Shown one piece after another: positions 56,001-64,000 of a stretch of DNA of 64,000 nt. A program made the translations under genes and the position numbers. Numbering within the stretch: position 1 is the first letter of the stretch; each line of letters begins with the position of its first letter. The notes under the pieces are model-generated. The model saw only the letters and a list, made by a program, of their open reading frames with translations. It was not told the DNA's origin and searched no databases. Source of the DNA: Lytechinus pictus (taxonomy: Eukaryota); the NCBI RefSeq assembly GCF_037042905.1, contig NC_087251.1, positions 5,334,001 through 5,398,000 on the forward strand, written 5' to 3'.

Positions 56001-59000
56001 TTTAATCACCACCTTTAACTTTTTAACATCACCGATGTCATCTATTATACTAACACACCTCGCATTATGTATTCGTGTCGCGTACAATGTTATACACTTC
56101 CTGTCTTTTACTAGGGTATTGGATGTCATATATTGCAGTGTTTGTATGCTATATAACTAGACCAAGTAGATGGATGCAGAAACTTTCAGACTTTTCCTTT
56201 TCATGTCAGTTGTCCAATAGAATGATAATTATCTTCTGATATACGGCAGAGTAATTTAATGGTCATGGACCTGGGAAGCGGGGGTGCAGGGGGTGCTGAA
56301 GCACCCCCAATATTTTCCCAGGGGGCACTGCGTGTATTATTTTCCATAGGCAGCACCCCCTGGAATTCTGGTTAGTGTGTCATAAAAGAGAAATATATGG
56401 AAAATTACCAACATCTTGTGTTGAAACCCCTTTTTTTGGCTTATCAAATTTCTTGGCACCAAAACGACCTTCATTTTATAGTGAAACCTTGTTTTGCTTG
56501 TCAAAATTTACATAGGCGGATCCAGGGGGTCCAAGGGGTCCGGGACTCCCTATTGGCGAAGCAAAAAAAAAAAAGGGGGGGGGAGGCATTAAAAAAAAAA
56601 AAGAAGGGAAAAGAGAGAAGAAAATAAGAGGATGAAGAAGAGTGAATAAAATGAGGTGAGGGGACGACTTGGAAAATAAAATAAAAAACCTTTCATGTCA
56701 CTATAATAAGTTTTCGCTCGCGCTTCGCGTTTGCATTGCATGTTTGATGATATAGGCCTACATGAGATTCTTCCTCAATAGACTGATATGGAGCTTAAAA
56801 TATCAAGTTTTGAAGTCAATATATAAACCCAAAAGATATTTCAGCTCCGACATCGAGTTTTAATTATTTTGTGTGATTTATCAATTGATTTTTTTAAAAA
56901 GTGCTCTGTAAAATGTCCGTTTTATTGTCTCAGTATCAACATTTTCAGCTCGCGCTGCGCGCTCGCGTTATTTGATTTGTCAGGTACCTATTTTCTTCGT
57001 GTATTCCATAAAATTCTCAAAATATCCCTTAATTTTCCAGCCAGCGCTGAGCGCTCTAATTTTGATTGGTGAGTAATGTAAACCTCAATAATTTCCTCAA
57101 TAATAATAAGCAATTCTAAAACAAACTACTTAAAATCCCCTTTTCATAACATCGCGATGTGCGCTTTCATTAATTTGTTAAAAATGTATTAACCCATGCA
57201 TCCTATTCATAATTACAAAAGTGCTTAAAATATCCAGTTTTCAGGAATTAATATCAACAAATTTCGAACTGTCAGTAGGCTTATTAGATTAATGAATACA
57301 AAAATAACATTTTCATGAATTCATAATAATTAAATTGTCCTTTTTATCAGAATGGAATATCCCGCGCTTAGGAATAGGAATAGAAGAAAGCCATCATTTT
57401 CATATGATGACAAAATGTCCTTAGAATGTCCAGGCCCTAGGTCAAAATAAAAATAATAAAAATATCAGCTTGCGCTTTGCGCTAACATTATTGATTTTCA
57501 TGATAAAAGATATATTAAGAATGCCAAGATACTAAGTATAAATCTTAAATACACGCACGCATGTTTATTGAGATACATCCAGTTTCAGACTAAAATTTAC
57601 ATGAATAGAGTGACCCGTTTTTATGTCTAAATCTCTTTTTTCCGCTCACGTTTCGCGCTCGCATTGTTTAGTCATATCCCTATGTCCTGCCCATGATTAC
57701 AAAATATGCTTTTTTTTTCTTTTTTTTTAGGTTGGAATGTCAAAAATTTCAGCTTGCGCTTCGCGCTCGCTTTATTTGATTATCATTGAATATGTATCGT
57801 TTTATGGCTAACTACAAACAGTCCTCAACAGGTCCCTTTTCGATCAGTTATATACGAATTTTGTTCAGGATCACAAACATTGCTCAGAATGTTCGATTTT
57901 CAGGACAAGTTACATAAAATTTCCACCAAAAAAAATAGCTCGCGCTTCACGCTCGCAATATTTAGATATGCCTTATGAGATTACTATTTTAAAAAGAATT
58001 AAGCAAAGAAGTGACTGTTACGAAGAAACAAACAAAAATCATCTTTGAATTGCCAATCGTGGAAAATATGGGTGATTTTTTCGCCCCCCCCCCTTATTGG
58101 CGAAAGCTGGATCCGCCCCTGAATTTAGGCCTACTTCAGCACCCCAGCCAAAAAATCGCTCCCAGGGCCCTGGTAATGGTACTTAAAAACACAACACGAT
58201 AAATATTCTGAAGAGAGCTGAACATTTAAGGTTGACAATGTTTCCCCGGTTTAGTTTTGAAGCTCCCAAAAGGAAATTTGAGGAATTCAAGTTCCACTGA
58301 GTTGGCTTTCATTTCCTCCTTCTTCTACTGCTTTTGTTTTTCTCCTACTCTTCTGTATCCAATTCTTTCTTCTTGTCCTTCTTTTGCGTTACATTTCTTT
58401 CCTTATTCATTTTCTTTTGTCTTTTTTTCTTCAATATAATCCTTAAAGCGGAGGTTATTAATGCAAATTTACTTAACTCATCGATAGATGAAACTTTCAC
58501 TAACGGGTGCATTCGCTCAAAATAAACTGGTGTGGTTTTAGTTCGGACGGTTATGGGTTCTACTCAATATATGATGATCAATAGCATATGATGCAAGAAA
58601 TGTATTCTTTTATTATTCGAATTATTACAAATCTTAAAAACACATATACAGGTTTTTGATTAAATAGTGTACTGTATAAGCAAGTTCACAGAGTTATCAC
58701 ATTGTAACGCATAAAACAATGTGTGTAATTCAATCGAATGGCCGACATTGGGCACTCTGGTAGTAAAATCTAAGTGGTCTTAAAAGTATTGATCCGAGGA
58801 ACGGTGAATCATTTTGCATATTTTAAAGACAAACCTGATACAGATTGGTAAGGACGGAGTTCCGGTCAACCACCAAATTTCTTGAGAAACGAAGTGTAGA
58901 AAGGAAATTAAGCGGCGTGATGTGTTAGTTGCCACAGGACTCGTCGATTTGGACATTATATTTTCTCACTTCCCACGTGTATACAAAATAGGGAAGGCTT

Positions 59001-62000
59001 TATCCTGTAAGGGACGCCTTTCGAAATATATCTCCCCATATTTTTTTCGAGGGCTGAGATCCGCCCTTGCATTGGAAGTGAAAGGGAAAGCAATGCGATC
59101 AAATAAGATTGATTTACGACGTAAAATAATGTATTCATCCATTTGTTTGAAAATTGTGTATGTTATTCCAAACTATACAAAGCAACCCCCCCAAAAAAAA
59201 AGAAAGAAAAAAAAGAATGGAAGTCTAAATTTTGCGGAAGACAGCTTCTTTCTTTCTTTATTTCTTTTTTTAGAGGAAATCTGTTTGATCTTTTTTCCAG
59301 TACAGCAATCGGGGTTGATCATGGTCAAAATCACTCTTCGTATTAAAAGCCCAGTCACATCGCAATCCATTAACTCCGAAACCGATCGATATTTGGCCTT
59401 TGGGAATATTACTGAGCTGTTGCTTTGGTCTGCTATCGGTCTTGTATCGGCTTAGTAATGTAACTGGATGCAGTGGATGTAAAGAAGCAAAGATGAGACA
59501 ATGTTTCCATGTTCTGAGTGAATTTACAATTTGACAAACTCAACTTTTCAGAAGGTTGAATCGTCAATCTCCTCACGTCATCTTCCATGTTGTTTCATTT
59601 TATTGCAAATCGCAGGAAATCTTGAATGATCACGAACATGACAAGAAAAACAGTAAAATGTCCTTAACATCTATGCTCTGTTTGACAACTGAACATTGTA
59701 TTACACAAAGTCAAATGTATAAATTGGGTACTCAGCAGGCTCCTCTTCATCTAAATAGATAATAGAACAAATTTGATGAGTGATAAAGAATGGCATATGA
59801 TGATGATACTAGGGAAAGGGAGAGAAAATAAGAAAATACTATTATGATTTCAAATGAAAATTACATTATTATCTCCAACAAAACCTTACCATGCACCGCG
59901 TCAATGCAAATCAGGTGTTATAAGCAAATATTGTAGACATGAAGAGTCCAACTTAATTACAAAAACCAATAAATCGAATGCAATCAGAGAAAGACGTCCT
60001 ATCATGGTGTCTTACATTTCTAATGTCAAGAATATGTATGTAAATGTCAAGGTTTTATTCTCACCTCCTCATCAAACAATCTCAAATGTCACAGAATAGT
60101 CAGGATTGTATAGATGCACTATGTAAAGACATACACTTAAGAGTAAATAATTAATGTCAATATCGAATTAACATGATATCTTGTTGCCGTGGAATTTATA
60201 TCTGGTGATTACTGTGTATGTAAATTGCTGTAGTACTTGTATGTTATAAATGGAATAGGGATGTGTTAATTCCAATTTAAGCCTATGTGTGTGATTTCTT
60301 CTCACGTATGATTACAAATGCATTGCACAAATATACTAATGATATATGTAACAATTTCGTAAAGAAGTTATGAATTGTATTGTACAATACAAAATGATCT
60401 TAGTTACTATTTTGTAACTGTAAGTTGTATATTTGTAAACTGTAAAAGTACATTTCGCATGGTATAGAAACAAAATGAAATATTAGCCGGAAAATACTTT
60501 TAAGATATTAAAGTTTAGATTGCTGTGTGAGAGCCAATAAAATAGTTTTGCCTGCTCGATAGGCCCATTTGAAAATTTGGCTAAAAACCGGCGCGATGGG
60601 ACTTTTTTAAGGAGTCGAGGTGTCGCTCCACTTCTGTCTCTGAATATTCATCAAGCAACAGGCGAACGACTCAAATCCTTTTTGGGATTAAATCGAATGC
60701 TTGATCACGTGATTTACATTGAATGTACAAGATAACAAGGTTTGATTGTCAAGGGTCGGTGGTTGTCAATGATTGGCATGGTCTACGGTCATTTCAATTT
60801 AATATATATACGTTTAATGCATTTTACGTTAATTTGTAATTCAACACACATTTATGCAATAATTTAACAGTAAAAACAAAATTGGGACAATTATGAACAT
60901 ATCGTTTTCATTAGCTAGCTGCTTTATATATAAGTAATTTTTATGACGCATCTAATAATCTAACAGATTGAAGATTACGTACTAAAAGTAAAATTTAACA
61001 AACAAACTGAGGAACGCATTTTTTTATTCGGAAGCTTTGCAAGTCGTTCACGGGAGTTGCTTCTCATTCTTGAATATCGTAGACCATACACGTGAAGATC
61101 AAGATACTCACTGGAAAGAGAATTTAGATATTACTCCTATGATGGATGAGAGCCAAATGATATAAGCATAGGTAAATCACATAATATGTTTAATTTATCT
61201 TGTTGTGTCACATAACACCCTAGTATGTGACTGGCCTACGTAATATATGACTGACATAAGAATTTTGTCTCGTCATGTGTGCTATCTGACCCAATAGTGT
61301 AGCAGTCGATATTCATGAATTTTTACAGGGGTTCGTCTCTAGGACCAGTTAATAGGGGGCCATTTGAACCACATAAATTTTGTGCAAAATTTTATTTCCC
61401 TTCAATTGTTGTCCGTTCAATTCGTCTTAAAAAATCAATGATTTATCATCGTTATAATCAATAAATGCAAATAAGTCCATGCAACTCCACTTTTTACATA
61501 AAACCACAAAGTTTCCCATTGGATATGTTTTTTTAATAAACAGAGATAATGTTTTTTTTTTTTATATCACTGTTATAGAAATAGAATCCTGCAAAATTAG
61601 TTTTTGCTTTAAACCTTTGAAATTATCAGAAAATAACTCTGGAGAAGACTCCAGCTTCTTTGCCATTTGAAACATTCTCCCTCCCCGAAGCAAAAACAAA
61701 CAGATATATAAAGAGGGAAAGGTGAACGTAAAATATAGAACAAATTACGCGCCACGATGATGCCCTCCAGACCATTATCTGCTATATTCCCCGGACATTC
61801 TCCCGTAATAGGCAGCACAAGAAACAATGATGACGTCATTCTCCATATTGCCTATTGCTGGATGATACCCCAAGACGTGTATTTCTGTCTTTATATTTAA
61901 GGTTTTCCATTATCCACAAATTTACCGCCACACAACAATATATCATCTAAAAATAATCTGATAATGCAATGACTTAAAGGGGGGGGGGAGGGTGAAAGCT

Positions 62001-63375
62001 AGGTAGATAGAGATTTACAGATGGTCAGCATGCTCTTGAATTACAAAGCAGGTATACTGATGACAAATGCTTAGAAATGATTGATGATGAGAGAGAAAGA
62101 GATATAGAGTAAAAGATAGACAGAGACAGAAAAAACAAACACACATATATCCACACACCCCCACACACACACACCCTCACACCCACACCCACACACCCCC
62201 ACACATATCCACACACCCTCACACCCACACACCATCATACAGACTGAAATACGTAGCTAGGAGAAAAAGAGATCGAGAAAAGATGAAGGGGATGGGTATA
62301 GAGATAATAACAAATGGGTTACAAAGACGAAAACAAGATGAAATGAAATGCTGTAAAGGGGGCGTGAAAGTCTTTTTTTAAGGGACGTTTTTACAACTGA
62401 CAAAGGAAGATTTTGTGAATGTCGCTTTTATTTGATTAAATATCCTCACCCTCATGCACTTTACTGGCTTATTGATATCGTCTTTTTATTTTCCCATGCC
62501 GTTCTTGCGAGAAAACGAATTCCAATATATGTCCCTCGTCACAAAACAGACAGGACAGTGAAAGCTTCATTAATCAGGTTTATCGTGGCTCCTTTTTGCC
62601 TCGGACCCATCTACAAAAGTGCATTATGATGTAAGAGAGGTGGATTCATCCTAGGTAATGCTGGCGTATAATATCCCCCTCTCTTTTCCCCTATACCGCT
62701 ATCTTCTCAGGGGCATATCAGTGATTCACTTATCTTCAAAATACCCTTCACGACATATCATTCGACGATAAAAACAAATACATCTTACCCAGTGTGTTTA
62801 CTTTGGTCGTATTATGCTATTCTGAAAAAACCCTAATAAAATGAGTCGAGAGGATTGCTGTTTTTGTTATTCATAACCATCTAGACGACATAGCCCGCCG
62901 CAAATCCCCCCTCTAATTTCACAGAAGGCGCAAGCTAAACAGTTACATGGAATATTTTGTATCCGAAGTTAATAGTAAGTTTATAAACATAGGCGTATAT
63001 TATGATAATCATGTTTGCAATTATTATTATAATTTTTTGTGGAGGGTATGACGGCAAAGCCCCCCCCCCCCTCCCAACTGTACTCCAGGACTATTACAGA
63101 TACAACTAAATAAAACTGTCTGCTTTATTCCTTCAGTCAATATTACCCTAAACAAAATCCATATACTCATTTCATTAGTTAATATAAAATAGGAATGCAT
63201 TTAGATAAAGTTCCACTATAACGGCAAGTCTCATTTTGTCGAATAGGTTTGAATGCTTAAAATAGTTAGAAATTAAGATACCACTGACATTTGAAAGATA
63301 TCAAAAGTGACATTTTGAAGATAGACTCACCATCCTCATGTAAGACATGATGGTCAACTGCTGCTGTGTTTCATC
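10623..63375 (-). CDS. Nicotinic acetylcholine receptor alpha-like subunit (Cys-loop pLGIC, alpha9/10-like), 5'-partial, 7 coding exons in window
   Basis: Manual splicing of 45+110+181+163+198+208+403 = 1308 nt gives one open frame. It contains WxPDI-LY, the Cys-loop CKVDVRYFPFDIQLC, loop B FGPW, loop C YVCC, M1, SGEK-M2, M3, the MX helix (MPTWLR) and WREFALALDK-M4. All introns are GT-AG with matching phases (0,2,0,1,1,2). Confidence 0.95.
11507..11714 (-). CDS. nAChR exon (208 nt): M3, MX helix and start of intracellular loop
   Basis: Acceptor ttttttacag|TT and donor AA|gtaaga. Encodes TFFFIMIALGCGAVVCAVIVLRIYHSGGERHMPTWLRYIII... Confidence 0.94.
11984..12579. mobile_element. Kolobok-like (TTAA-target, AGG...CCT termini) MITE, copy 1
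   Basis: TTAA|AGGACAA... and ...TTGACCT|TCAA with long imperfect TIRs; inverted homolog at 51097-51679. Confidence 0.8.
12604..13655 (-). mobile_element. Truncated GCGCGAAGCGCG-array element (copy B)
   Basis: Starts CAGTGGCGTAGC. Interior 12820-13655 matches the reverse complement of copy A 4145-5005. The second terminus is missing. Confidence 0.7.
16669..18355. mobile_element. hAT-like MITE (outer element of a nest)
   Basis: Perfect 15-bp TIR CACTGGCGTAAATCC / GGATTTACGCCAGTG; perfect 8-bp TSD ATCAGAGA (16661-16668, 18356-18363). Confidence 0.9.
16777..17931 (-). mobile_element. hAT-like non-autonomous element with GCGCGAAGCGCG array (copy C), nested
   Basis: TIR CAGTGGCGTA / TACGCCACTG; perfect 8-bp TSD TATGTCCA (16769-16776, 17932-17939); inverted homolog at 32455-33648. 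Confidence 0.9.
22232..23050 (-). mobile_element. Degenerate LINE (L2/CR1-group) 3' remnant
   Basis: On the minus strand, AATAAA is followed by a (TTCAA)n tail. Upstream broken frames give LLEYG and HTDALLRSLGL, resembling post-RT motifs of L2/CR1 ORF2. Confidence 0.5.
25931..26128 (-). CDS. nAChR exon (198 nt): M1, M2 and M2-M3 loop
   Basis: Acceptor tatttttcag|GA and donor CTCG|gtgagt. Encodes ESAFFTKVVVVPSVLLTMLMALTFWSHPDSGEKVTLAISNLLAMILFQQLVADSMPPIGDTTSVL(V). Confidence 0.96.
27530..27692 (-). CDS. nAChR exon (163 nt): loop F, loop C with vicinal cysteines, pre-M1
   Basis: Acceptor gtcgtatag|GTT and donor AGAA|gtaagt. Encodes VELHTFEVPDDTSDDIFAKNGVWTLESFVAKNLRPFYVCCPHNFTEIKYTLRLR(R). 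Confidence 0.95.
28564..29156. mobile_element. Kolobok-like MITE (second family)
   Basis: TTAA|AGGGAAATCCAGCC ... GGTTGGATTCCCCT|TTAA. Confidence 0.8.
30305..30485 (-). CDS. nAChR exon (181 nt): loop E, Cys-loop and loop B
   Basis: Acceptor tacttacag|T and donor ATG|gtaagt. Encodes CSKEFISYQETYVICLYNGTCDWHFPAIMTSTCKVDVRYFPFDIQLCDLTFGPWSADVTM. Confidence 0.96.
31858..32097. mobile_element. CACTA/EnSpm-like MITE
   Basis: TA|CACTCTAAATGATATTGGGTAAAA ... TTTTACCCAATATTTTTTTACAGTG|TA; second copy at ~47450-47661. Confidence 0.75.
32330..32454. repeat. (CTA)n microsatellite, continuing as (CTA)/(AAT)n at 33649-33750
   Basis: Direct reading; the tract is split by the element at 32455-33648. Confidence 0.9.
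32455..33648 (+). mobile_element. hAT-like element with GCGCTTCGCGC array (copy D)
   Basis: Termini CAGTGGTGCA ... TACACCACTG; flanks CTACTACT on both sides; reverse-complement homolog of 16777-17931. Confidence 0.85.
33925..34115. mobile_element. Possible PIF/Harbinger-like MITE (degenerate)
   Basis: Imperfect inverted ends CCACCCTTCACACG / CGAGTGAAAAGGCCC with TAA on both flanks. Confidence 0.35.
34828..35055. mobile_element. Short hAT-like MITE
   Basis: CAGTGGCGTA ... TATGCCACTG; flanks ATTGTATT / ATCGTATG (6/8 match). Confidence 0.65.
37090..37199 (-). CDS. nAChR exon (110 nt): SWRDEFITWNPDDYAGIELLSLRPSDLWLPDIALYQ(S)
   Basis: Acceptor ctttcttag|AGC and donor AG|gtaagc. WNPDDY and WLPDIALY motifs; conserved 110-nt exon size. 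The ORF track shows only a different frame here. Confidence 0.95.
41935..42000 (-). mobile_element. tRNA-derived SINE head (Pol III A and B boxes)
   Basis: Minus strand reads GGTGCAGTGGCCGAGTGGTCTAAGGCGCCTGG...GGGGTTCGATCCCTGC. The 3' acceptor stem is absent, so it is not a functional tRNA. Confidence 0.65.
43795..44476 (+). mobile_element. LINE 3' end remnant (ORF2 C-terminal CCHC-like domain), interrupted by a SINE
   Basis: Frameshifted IPYEERFC..FCNSDNIEYEFHCFMICPAY matches the R.C..C....EDE.HF...CP.Y motif of non-LTR ORF2. Ends in AATAAA plus (CTA)n. Confidence 0.7.
44143..44348 (+). mobile_element. 5'-truncated SINE related to 6672-6972
   Basis: Shared TGGCGT.ATTTCCTTC.GCAAG...TGTGCTGCACTCAACCCAGGTGAG...AATGGGTACC core and (TAT)n tail. 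Confidence 0.75.
47450..47661. mobile_element. Truncated inverted copy of the 31858-32097 MITE
   Basis: Reverse-complement similarity; the ORF-track peptides share FLFIQCDENFA.SKVIAA. Confidence 0.8.
50575..50842 (-). repeat. Dispersed repeat, inverted homolog of 55738-55995
   Basis: Collinear reverse-complement similarity, e.g. ATATTGCACCATTG and GATGTTATCCAA. Confidence 0.7.
51097..51679. mobile_element. Kolobok-like MITE, copy 2
   Basis: TTAA|AGGACAAGTCCACC ... GATTTGTCCT|TTAA; homolog of 11984-12579 in opposite orientation. Confidence 0.85.
53041..53186. mobile_element. Short palindromic MITE (Harbinger-like ends)
   Basis: GTTGCAGAAAGAGTTG ... CAACTCTTTCTGCAAC inverted ends; right terminus GGGCCCC. 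Confidence 0.6.
55738..55995 (+). mobile_element. Dispersed repeat with a piggyBac-like end
   Basis: TTAA|CCCTTTGTGCGCTG start; homologous to 50575-50842. The other terminus was not identified. Confidence 0.5.
56264..58172. mobile_element. hAT-like MITE (outer element of a nest)
   Basis: Termini CATGGACCTGGGAAGCG / CGCTCCCAGGGCCCTG; 8-bp flanks TTAATGGT / GTAATGGT (7/8 match). Confidence 0.75.
56511..58121 (+). mobile_element. GCGCTTCGCGC-array element (copy E), nested
   Basis: Termini CATAGGCGGATCCAG ... CTGGATCCGCCCCTG; flanks share AATTTA; collinear with 3399-5303. Confidence 0.85.
62138..62233. repeat. Degenerate (CA)/(CACACC)n simple repeat
   Basis: Direct reading. Confidence 0.8.
63331..63375 (-). 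CDS. nAChR exon (45 nt): DETQQQLTIMSYMRM (beta1-beta2 loop / loop D)
   Basis: Acceptor tctcctttacag|GAT and donor ATG|gtgagt. Size, phase and DExxQxLT pattern match the conserved 45-nt nAChR exon. Confidence 0.88.
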
Positions 63376-64000
63376 CTGTAAAGGAGAAGAGGGGAAAAAT
63401 ACAGAGAAGGGCATATTAGGATGCGGAACAAGATATTAGATTACAAATTAATCACGTCTTATTTCCACAATTGGTTTCAAGCTGGTGAAGAGTATATCAC
63501 CCTCAAACTAGGCTAAAATATGATTCAAGCGGCACATCGAGGGCAAACCTGATTATGTTTTCTCTCTTAATATAAGCTTTGCTTTATCCATCTTTCTAGA
63601 TTATTTCTGATTCAATTTCATCGTCATAATCTTCCCTCCCATCTTTTGGTGAACATATGCCGCCTCTAGCATGTAATTTCCTCCTCGTATACCGTGCAAA
63701 AGGTCACGTTTGTCCACACGTAGTGTGAATGCGTGCCTTCCTTTTCAACAATTCGCTTAACTTTGTTTTTGAAATACAATATTTCAAGTTCTCTCTACCT
63801 AATTAACTTTTATAAAAGGCGTTTTTCAATATCTTTGTCAGTTTTGAATAAGTTGTTAAAAACTAATTAGCAATTATCTATATTAAACTTGGTTAATGTT
63901 TCAAGTGGAGTATCTCGAATGGAAGCTTCAAGTAGATCTTAGATTAATTGACAAATTCATCCTTCATTTAAGATTCGTTTAAGATAGGAGTGGGAAAATA

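Noticed and set aside
58922..59455. Longest ORF in the track (177 aa)
   Set aside because: Non-ATG start, runs through poly-A/T tracts, and has no recognisable domain or exon structure.
63376..64000. Upstream nAChR exon (alpha1 helix / RPV motif)
   Set aside because: No frame with the expected motif and a phase-0 donor was found; the 5' exons probably lie outside the window.

Overview
AT-rich, repeat-dense eukaryotic DNA; the repeat style suggests a marine invertebrate such as a sea urchin (inference only). One minus-strand gene dominates the window: a Cys-loop ligand-gated ion channel of the nicotinic acetylcholine receptor alpha type. I can splice seven coding exons with canonical GT-AG sites and matching phases: 63375-63331, 37199-37090, 30485-30305, 27692-27530, 26128-25931, 11714-11507 and 11025-10623. 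They give 435 aa plus stop. The signal-peptide/N-terminal exons were not found and presumably lie beyond base 64000. The subunit is alpha9/10-like but divergent, with an altered loop C carrying an N-glycosylation sequon, loop D Trp->Tyr, extra extracellular cysteines, an atypical M2 and a His-rich cytoplasmic loop. The introns and 3' flank hold many non-autonomous transposons, often nested: a foldback Mutator-like element, hAT-like elements built from a ~110-120 bp array carrying the GCGAAGC mini-hairpin, Tc1-, Kolobok- and CACTA-like MITEs, tRNA-derived SINEs and LINE 3' remnants. No intact transposase and no second gene is supported.
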